Below are positions 44,469 through 51,447 of a stretch of 51,447 bases of DNA, piece by piece (position 1 is the stretch's first letter; each line of letters starts with the position of its first letter). Below the pieces are notes generated by a model that searched no databases, was not told the origin of the DNA, and saw nothing but the letters and a program-made list of their open reading frames with translations. Source of the DNA: an uncultured Spirochaetota bacterium. Lineage in GTDB: Bacteria > Spirochaetota > B62-G9 > DRHN01. The translations under genes were made by a program, and so were the position numbers. The DNA lies in the NCBI GenBank assembly GCA_964525675.1, contig CAZGJW010000004.1, forward strand, positions 1 to 51,447, given 5' to 3'.

Positions 44469-47033
44469 TTACACGAGCTCTTTTGCCTTGAGTCTCTCGA
44501 GCGCCCAGTGTGTGTACTTGCGTATCTTTGCATCGGGATCCTCGTCGAGCGCCTTTAAAATTGCCTTTCCTTCCTTTGTTTCGAGTTTTTCAAGGGCTCG
44601 TACCACATTAATGCGCACCTCCTGGTCCGGGTCACGCGAGGCCATGACGAGCCCCCTGAACGCCTTGACCGTACCGATGAGGGATAGTATTCTGGCCGCT
44701 TCCCGACGGATCACAGGGTCTCTGTGTTTCAGTTTATTTATTTCTGCTTCCGTCGCGCCGATCTCGTCAAGTATCTCGCTTGCCAAGGCCTTGTGTGATG
44801 AAAGCGCTGACTCCAGTAGCCCGATCAGTGCCGGGCGTGCCTTCATACCCATTTTACTGAATATAGTGGCAATGTTTTTCTTCAAACTTTCACCGCCGTC
44901 CTTCATCCTGTCGATGAGCACTTCGATATTATTTTTTCCAGTGTGCGTCTCGAGACCGGCGAAAATTCTTGAGGAGAACCGCTTCTCCTTTTGGAGGAAA
45001 TCAATCAGGAGGTCTGTTGCCTGAGGCGCTTTCGATTCGGTCATTCCCCGAATTATCGCCTCCTTCACGGAATCGACTTCGTTTTTATCGTAGAATATTT
45101 TTGCCATCTGTCTCAGGATGTCCTTCCGTCCGGTGTTCCCGAGCGCAAAGGCAACCTGGTTTCTCACTTCCTCCACCGGATCCCGCATGAGCGCTAACGC
45201 CTGCGAGAAGGAGCGGGTATCACCCATGTCAACGAGGGCGAAGGTTGAGGCAATTCTCACGAGAGGGTCGGCATCCTCCTGTGCCTTTCTTACTTCACCG
45301 AGAAATTCGGTAAGTTTCAGCGCCGGTATGAGCGCAATGAGATGGGCCCTCAGCTCGCCGTCGACCTGATCGAGGTAATAGCCCATGATATCCTTTACGG
45401 ATTTTTTCGCATACCGGGCAAGAATGCCGGCAAACTGATTAACAAATGCCACAGGTAAAACAGGAAGGTGTTCGAATAAAAATGACAGGCAGTACTCCTT
45501 TCCCATCTCTGCGAGAAGAAAGAGAGACTGTATCCGGAGATTCATCTTCTCAGGCGTATTTTCGTTTTCGATTATAGGTATGAGTTTTTCGGCCAGTGTA
45601 TCGTTGTCTTTGGTGATGAGCGCTTTTCTGACGAGCTCGCCGAGATCCTCGCGCTTTTCGAGAACCGCGAGGAGAGGATCGATATACTGCGGATCATCGG
45701 CTGGAACGACAGCCTCGATAATATCGACGAGCGTAGCGGTTTGCGACAGGTTGCGGAGTATCTCGTCGCAAACGAGTCGTCTTGTCTCAAGATCGCCCCT
45801 TTTGACGATGGCCTCAACGGTAAGCCGGTAGGCGTCCTTGAAGGAATGATCGATGGACATTTTGAGAAGATTTCCCAACTGCGCAGTATCTCCCGCTTTT
45901 TTAAGCAAGTCGGCGGACAGTGTAAGGCTTTCTCTGGTTCCCGCAAGTATACATTTTCGTATAAAACCGATTACGCCGACATGCGCGGCATTTTTAAGGA
46001 TTGCCGTCTTTCTTTGAAAGTCTTCCGGGTCGGCCAGATCGAGCCTTGTGCAGAACCGGCCCAGTGCACCGGATTTTTCGAGGTACCGTGCGGCATGGTA
46101 CTGAATTTCAGCATCGTTTTCCAGCATAAGCATGGTTGCGATGCCTTCGTCATCCCTGTTCTGCAGACGGAGGGCTTCGGTGAGATGTATAACTTCCTGG
46201 CGCCTGAGGGTTTTAACTTTTATTTCAGGTAGGTCTGCGAATGCCCGCCTGTACCGCTGCAGTGCTTCACTTCTTACTTCGGGATTCGGGTCTTTCAGAA
46301 GCAGAGTAAAGAGGGGTGCTCTGATTTCCTCCGGATCTTCTGTTTCATATTCGAGCACAAGGGTCTTTCTAATCACCGGGCTGGGATCTTTGAACAGGTC
46401 GACAAGCATCTTCTGTATGCCTGGTTCCTGTGCAGCAAGCAGAATTTTCAGGGCAAAGTATCTTCCCTTCCAATCCGGGTCTGCAAGCATTTCCTTTGTT
46501 TCTTCTCTTCTGTCTTCAAAAAGAGCGTATGCTTTTCTTCCGTCAAAGCTCTCACCATTGCTCGAGTGTGCGATTGTCTGAAGCGGAAGCTGCTCTCTGT
46601 TCTCATCGAGCCACCGCGTCAAATGCCTGTGCCATTTTCTGCGTTCGAGTGCGTATTTGAAACAGTAAAAAAAACCTTCGCGGACGTTATACAGAAGAAT
46701 ATTCCGGTAGTGTTTTTTATCCGGAGAGACTGCAAGCTTTTTAACCCACTGGGCGGCAAGGCCTGTTCTGTACAGAACTTCCCGGGCCCGGGCCGTATCC
46801 GTTTCAGAAAGTATACGTATGATAAGACCGGTCATTTTATGCCTCTGTTTCTCGAAAGAGTCGGGGAAGCCGGACAGCTCATCAGAGGTGATTTTTTTGA
46901 GCACGGTGGCAAAACGGTTTCTTTTTATCAAAAAACGGATAACGAAAATCAGTGCTATGATTATCAGGATGCCTGCGCCCGCTGCGATATAGTAGATTTG
47001 GTCGAGATGCAGCAACTGTTCGATTATTTTCAT
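44469..47033 (-). CDS. Membrane-anchored HEAT-repeat protein
   Basis: Single N-terminal TM; repeated L.D.(D/N)P.VR..A..AL units. Confidence 0.88.
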   Translation of the reverse strand: MKIIEQLLHLDQIYYIAAGAGILIIIALIFVIRFLIKRNRFATVLKKITSDELSGFPDSFEKQRHKMTGLIIRILSETDTARAREVLYRTGLAAQWVKKLAVSPDKKHYRNILLYNVREGFFYCFKYALERRKWHRHLTRWLDENREQLPLQTIAHSSNGESFDGRKAYALFEDRREETKEMLADPDWKGRYFALKILLAAQEPGIQKMLVDLFKDPSPVIRKTLVLEYETEDPEEIRAPLFTLLLKDPNPEVRSEALQRYRRAFADLPEIKVKTLRRQEVIHLTEALRLQNRDDEGIATMLMLENDAEIQYHAARYLEKSGALGRFCTRLDLADPEDFQRKTAILKNAAHVGVIGFIRKCILAGTRESLTLSADLLKKAGDTAQLGNLLKMSIDHSFKDAYRLTVEAIVKRGDLETRRLVCDEILRNLSQTATLVDIIEAVVPADDPQYIDPLLAVLEKREDLGELVRKALITKDNDTLAEKLIPIIENENTPEKMNLRIQSLFLLAEMGKEYCLSFLFEHLPVLPVAFVNQFAGILARYAKKSVKDIMGYYLDQVDGELRAHLIALIPALKLTEFLGEVRKAQEDADPLVRIASTFALVDMGDTRSFSQALALMRDPVEEVRNQVAFALGNTGRKDILRQMAKIFYDKNEVDSVKEAIIRGMTESKAPQATDLLIDFLQKEKRFSSRIFAGLETHTGKNNIEVLIDRMKDGGESLKKNIATIFSKMGMKARPALIGLLESALSSHKALASEILDEIGATEAEINKLKHRDPVIRREAARILSLIGTVKAFRGLVMASRDPDQEVRINVVRALEKLETKEGKAILKALDEDPDAKIRKYTHWALERLKAKELV

Positions 47034-47035
47034 GA

Positions 47036-48583
47036 TTATCCCACCTTTTTCAGGACTCTATAGATTTTCAACGTTTCAGATTTACCTTTCACCTTCACCG
47101 GCGGTTTCTTCGCTACTCTGAAATCATGGCCGAGATGGTTTCGCGTATTTTCCGTTATTACAACTTCACCGGGACCGGCTACACCTTCGAGCCGTGCTGC
47201 GACATTCACCGTGTCGCCGATCATCGTGTAGTCCACGCGCTGTATAGACCCGATGTTTCCTGCAACGAGAGGTCCGGTATGTATGCCGATTCCAATAGCA
47301 AGATTTTTCGCTTCTCCCTGAAAGAAGCTCCTCTGTGGATCTTTTACCATGCTTTGAATTTCAAGGGCGCAAGAAACTGCGAGCCGTGCATCCTCCGTTT
47401 CCGATTTGAGCGGAACCCCCCATGCAGCCATGATGCAGTCGCCGATAAATTTATCTATGTACCCGTGATGCCTGAGCACGATTTCAACCGCCTGGCTGAA
47501 GTACTCGTTCAGAATTTGGATTATGTACGCAGGATCTCGGCCTTCGGAAAATGAAGTGTACCCCCTGATATCGGCAAAGAGTACTGTTGCCTCCCGCTTG
47601 TCTCCGCCCAGGTGAATGAGATCAGGGTGTGCGACAATTCGTGAAACGATCTCCTGGGAGACATATCGGGAAAACATATCCTTGATGAGCCGACGCTCCT
47701 CCTTCACGGTTTTAACTTTTTTTTCAAGCTCCCGCTCCCTGCTCTGATCGGTAAAAATGAGTGTAAGCCCTTCCCTCTTGCTCCGCCTGGAGATGAGCGG
47801 AGAGGCGGTGAGTGAAAAATCCATTTCACCGTTTCCGTTTTGATAGATACCCTCCGCGGCAACGATCTCGGCGCCTTCATGTATGGAGCTCTCTATCAGG
47901 GTGCGCATCTTTTTTCCCATACCCGTTTTGAAAATATCAATTATGTTTTTGCCAAGATGTTCCTGTGAAAGGTTGAAACGTGATGCCGCAGCCTGGTTGA
48001 AGTACTGAACGGTCCCCGCTATGTCGGTTGTAATGAGAAGGTTCGACATCGAGGTGAATATATTCTTCTGGTATATCTCGAGGTTTTGAATCTTTCGGGT
48101 GTAGTCTCTGAGCCGGTTGTGGAGCATTGTGTTATGGAAATATTCGCCCGCAAGCTTGGAGATGGTCTCGATAAATCGCAGCCGGGTCCGGGTAAAGAAA
48201 TCCGGTTGTGTCGAATTCAGAACGACAAATGCGTATATCCTCCTTTCCGATTTAATCGGAGCAATAATACCGGAATTCATGGAAGGATGCAGGAGAATCG
48301 GCAGAAAGGGGCTTGGTTTCTTTTCGGTAAGCACGACGGTTTCCCCGGATTCAAGAACGAAACCGAATGGGTCCTGTTCAATTGAAAAGATTTCGGGTAT
48401 GGTGTACCTGCCGCGGTGATAGAGAAGCCGTGCCCTGTGTTCCTCTGCAGAGTAGAAGCAGGCGAGATGTGCACCGGTGATATCGAAAAGCTGTTCGATG
48501 AGGGAGGCGATGAATTTTTTAATATCGAAGCCCTTTGAAATGGCAAAACCCGCACGTACGACATCATCGAGAATGTTTTGCAT
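47036..48583 (-). CDS. Soluble class III adenylate cyclase with GAF and PAS domains
   Basis: LFADIRGYT, DKFIGDC, GIHTG...GNIG...DYTMIGDTVNVAARLE (Lys/Thr adenine specificity, catalytic Asn/Arg). Confidence 0.92.
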   Translation of the reverse strand: MQNILDDVVRAGFAISKGFDIKKFIASLIEQLFDITGAHLACFYSAEEHRARLLYHRGRYTIPEIFSIEQDPFGFVLESGETVVLTEKKPSPFLPILLHPSMNSGIIAPIKSERRIYAFVVLNSTQPDFFTRTRLRFIETISKLAGEYFHNTMLHNRLRDYTRKIQNLEIYQKNIFTSMSNLLITTDIAGTVQYFNQAAASRFNLSQEHLGKNIIDIFKTGMGKKMRTLIESSIHEGAEIVAAEGIYQNGNGEMDFSLTASPLISRRSKREGLTLIFTDQSRERELEKKVKTVKEERRLIKDMFSRYVSQEIVSRIVAHPDLIHLGGDKREATVLFADIRGYTSFSEGRDPAYIIQILNEYFSQAVEIVLRHHGYIDKFIGDCIMAAWGVPLKSETEDARLAVSCALEIQSMVKDPQRSFFQGEAKNLAIGIGIHTGPLVAGNIGSIQRVDYTMIGDTVNVAARLEGVAGPGEVVITENTRNHLGHDFRVAKKPPVKVKGKSETLKIYRVLKKVG

Positions 48584-48931
48584 AATCTGCCCTGTAGTTT
48601 TTTATAGTGTATGCACCCGGGGCATAGACTTTTTTCATACAATTTTGCCGGAAACCCCCTGAGGATTCAGGCTGTTGTTTTTCTATCTTACGCACTCCGG
48701 GAAAAATTGCAATAATTTTTTGAAACAAAAAATGCTCTATATGTGTTTGATGATAATTGTAAGTTCAAACATCTCTTCCATCTCTTTAATGAATTGTTAT
48801 TCAGACGCCTCGCGTCCGAAGCTTGACGGCGGCAATAAAAGTACCAGGATAATAAAATGAGCGTGTGGTCTAAAGGTGGTGAAACAAGTTCCGACGACCT
48901 GTATCTCTGTAAAAATGGGAGGAGAGCTCTG

Positions 48932-49624
48932 ATGTTGCAGAAGCTCAACAGGGAGGCCGTTCCTCTCTCCTTCATGGAATTGCCGAGGGAGAAGATGTGC
49001 AGACAGGGCCCCGCGAATCTTACCGATGAAGAGCTTATGCAGGTTATTCTGGGAAGCGGCACTGCGAATAATCGTGTGAAGCATATTGCCGAAAAAGCTG
49101 TTTCTCTTATCCGTGAGCAGTATCCGGAGCTTCGGCATGATCTTATGCTCTTTCTAAAAGAGCTCACATGCATACAGGGAATTGGAAAAGCGAAGGCATC
49201 CTGCATACTGGCTGCGCTCGAGTTCTCAAAGAGGCTTCATGAAGGAGCGGCACGTGTCGTCAAAGATACAGGTGACGTCATGCCCCTCCTTGCGCTGCTT
49301 GCCGATAAAAAACAGGAGTATTTTGTGTGTATTACGCTGAACGGAGGAAACAGGCTTATCTCCCGGCGCGTAATTACGATCGGTCTCGCGGATCAGGCGC
49401 TCGTGCATCCGCGTGAGGTGTTTTCAGAAGCCTTGAAAGAGAGGGCAGCAAAGATTATCGTGGCGCATAATCACCCGGCGGGAGATGTCAGTCCGAGCTC
49501 TGAGGACATGCGGGTTACAGAAACACTCGCAAAGGCCTCGTCGATTCTCGGGCTCGATCTTCTCGACCACGTTATTGTTTCAGGCGGGAGGTATTTCAGT
49601 TTCAGGGAGGAGGGGCTGCTGTAA
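48932..49624 (+). CDS. radC: RadC/JAB-domain protein
   Basis: PREK, HhH GIGKAKA, VHPREVF, HNHPAG..PSSED, LDH; GGGAGG SD before ATG at 48932. Confidence 0.93.
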   Translation: MLQKLNREAVPLSFMELPREKMCRQGPANLTDEELMQVILGSGTANNRVKHIAEKAVSLIREQYPELRHDLMLFLKELTCIQGIGKAKASCILAALEFSKRLHEGAARVVKDTGDVMPLLALLADKKQEYFVCITLNGGNRLISRRVITIGLADQALVHPREVFSEALKERAAKIIVAHNHPAGDVSPSSEDMRVTETLAKASSILGLDLLDHVIVSGGRYFSFREEGLL

Positions 49625-49644
49625 TGCCGCCGGTATCATAGATT

Positions 49645-49673
49645 TTGACTTTTTACGCCCGCTCCGGTATTTT
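49645..49673 (+). promoter_or_regulatory. Putative sigma70 promoter of uvrB (probably leaderless transcript)
   Basis: TTGACT-17 nt-TATTTT, ending 6 nt before the ATG; no SD. Confidence 0.5.
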
Positions 49674-49679
49674 TTGTTC

Positions 49680-51447
49680 ATGTTCAAGCTGAAGGCGCCA
49701 TTCGAACCAAACGGTGATCAGAAACGGGCTATTGAAAAACTATCGGAGGATATACTCCGTGGCGAGCGGTTTCAGACCCTCCTTGGTGTGACAGGGTCCG
49801 GAAAGACTTTTACTATGGCCGGCGTTATCGAACGGATCAGGCGCCCTACCATCGTTATTTCCCACAACAAAACCCTCGCCGCCCAGCTCTACAGGGAATT
49901 CTATGAATTTTTTCCCGAAAATGCCGTGGAGTATTTCGTCAGCTACTACGACTACTACCAGCCGGAGGCGTATCTGCCGGCAACCGATACCTATATCGAA
50001 AAGGATTTTTCGATAAACGACGAAATCGACCGGATGCGGCTTTCAGCAACTTCCTCACTGATGGAAAGGGAGGATGTCATTGTTGTTGCGACCGTTTCAT
50101 GCATCTATGGAGTCGGGAATCCCCGGTCATACCGCAGGATGCGGCTCTTGCTAAAAGTGGGAGAGCCGTACAACCGGGATGATATACTGAGGAAACTCGT
50201 CGAGATACAGTATACGAGAAACGATATTGAGTTTACACGTTCGACCTTCCGCGTGCGAGGAGACGTCATAGAGATTTTTCCTTCGTATTCGAAAATGGCG
50301 GTGAGGATCGAGCTTTTCGGAGATGAACCCGACCGAATATGCATAATCGACCCGCTCACGGGAACGGTGCTGGAGGAGCGGGATCGTATCATAATCTATC
50401 CCGCCTCACACTACGTTGTCGAGCAGGAGAACATTCATACAGCCCTCGAAAAGATCGAAACGGAGCTTACCGAACGCTATGCCTATCTGCAGGCCGGGAA
50501 CAAGCTGATAGAGGCGCAGAGAATAAAATCGAGAACTGAATACGATTTAGAAATGATACGCGAGCTCGGCTACTGCAACGGTATAGAAAACTACTCCCGG
50601 CATATTTTCGGCAGGGAGGAGGGGGAACGGCCGGCGGTTCTTCTTGACTATTTTCCTGAAGACTACCTCATGTTCATAGACGAGTCCCATGTAACGGTGC
50701 CCCAGATCGGCGGTATGTATGAGGGCGATCATTCCAGAAAGCTCTCTCTCGTGGAGCACGGATTCAGGCTTCCCTCCGCGCTCGACAACAGGCCGCTCTA
50801 CTTCGAAGAGTTCGAGCGGCTCGTGAACAGGGTTGTGTTTGTTTCTGCAACTCCCGCCGAGTACGAGCGAAAGAAGAGCAGCAGAATTGTCGAGCAGCTC
50901 GTGCGGCCGACCGGACTTCTCGACCCGCAGATCGAGGTCAAAGATTCCAGGTATCAGATCGACGATCTCATCAGTGAAATCAAGGAACGCGTGAAGCAAA
51001 ACGAGCGGGTGCTCGTTACGACACTCACAAAACGCATGGCTGAGGATATTGCGCATTTTCTTTCAAAAACCGGTATACGGGTACGATACCTCCACTCCGA
51101 GATAAAGACCTTCGAGCGCACGGATATTCTGCGTGACCTGCGCGCAGGAGAGTTTGACGTGCTCGTTGGGATAAACCTTCTCCGCGAGGGCCTCGACCTG
51201 CCTGAAGTTTCGCTTGTCGCTATTCTGGATGCCGATAAAGTGGGGTTTTTACGCTCTGCCACATCTCTTATTCAGACCGCGGGGCGTGCAGCGAGAAATA
51301 TCAACGGGAAGGTGCTGATGTATGCAGACCGCATGTCGAGCGCAATGGAGGAGGCGATAAGGGAAACCGACCGACGCCGGAAAATTCAACAAGAGTACAA
51401 TAAAGTTCACGATATTGTGCCCGAAACTATAAAAAAGAAGGTTGTGG
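49680..51447 (+). CDS. uvrB: Excinuclease ABC subunit B, partial (runs off the right edge)
   Basis: Manual translation: [60 protein letters not shown]. Absent from the ORF track because no stop codon lies in the window. Confidence 0.97.
   Translation, partial: MFKLKAPFEPNGDQKRAIEKLSEDILRGERFQTLLGVTGSGKTFTMAGVIERIRRPTIVISHNKTLAAQLYREFYEFFPENAVEYFVSYYDYYQPEAYLPATDTYIEKDFSINDEIDRMRLSATSSLMEREDVIVVATVSCIYGVGNPRSYRRMRLLLKVGEPYNRDDILRKLVEIQYTRNDIEFTRSTFRVRGDVIEIFPSYSKMAVRIELFGDEPDRICIIDPLTGTVLEERDRIIIYPASHYVVEQENIHTALEKIETELTERYAYLQAGNKLIEAQRIKSRTEYDLEMIRELGYCNGIENYSRHIFGREEGERPAVLLDYFPEDYLMFIDESHVTVPQIGGMYEGDHSRKLSLVEHGFRLPSALDNRPLYFEEFERLVNRVVFVSATPAEYERKKSSRIVEQLVRPTGLLDPQIEVKDSRYQIDDLISEIKERVKQNERVLVTTLTKRMAEDIAHFLSKTGIRVRYLHSEIKTFERTDILRDLRAGEFDVLVGINLLREGLDLPEVSLVAILDADKVGFLRSATSLIQTAGRAARNINGKVLMYADRMSSAMEEAIRETDRRRKIQQEYNKVHDIVPETIKKKVV

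Noticed and set aside
47036-48583. Pycsar/CBASS-type defence cyclase
   Set aside because: Canonical adenine-specifying residues, GAF-PAS input domains, host-like GC and no cyclic-nucleotide-binding effector gene.
1-51447. CRISPR array, tRNA, rRNA, prophage or IS transposase
   Set aside because: No regularly spaced repeats, cloverleaf or T-loop motifs, rRNA-like tracts, phage genes or transposase motifs were recognised by eye; a tRNAscan/Infernal run would be needed to exclude small RNAs.

Overview
Bacterial chromosomal window, probably from a Spirochaetota genome. This taxonomic call is inferred from protein signatures, not from a database search. A GC-richer backbone carries lgt, ssb, comEA, hflX, comEC, ileS, a pdhABC-lpdA pyruvate dehydrogenase cluster, an osmoprotectant ABC transporter, a HEAT-repeat/adenylate cyclase pair, radC and a partial uvrB. 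Three visibly AT-rich blocks interrupt it. (1) 1-1650: partial HEPN gene divergent from an AAA_14/DUF4143 ATPase. (2) About 15061-27861, a 12.8 kb island between comEC and ileS: LacI regulator, AGE-family mannose-isomerase-like enzyme, sugar ABC transporter, FGGY kinase and UroD-like protein, with a nested selenium/sulfur-trafficking cassette (cysteine desulfurase-like enzyme, DUF3343, split YedE, unknown exported protein). (3) About 36900-40000: SWIM-SNF2 helicase plus a deletion-fused FitA/VapC remnant. No tRNA, rRNA, CRISPR array, integrase or transposase was recognised. Best leads: the Se/S cassette inside the sugar island, a PopZ-like acidic disordered protein, an ~80 bp dispersed intergenic element, the antitoxin-toxin chimera, the HEAT/cyclase module and probable leaderless comEA/uvrB transcripts. 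All product calls rest on motif recognition by eye.
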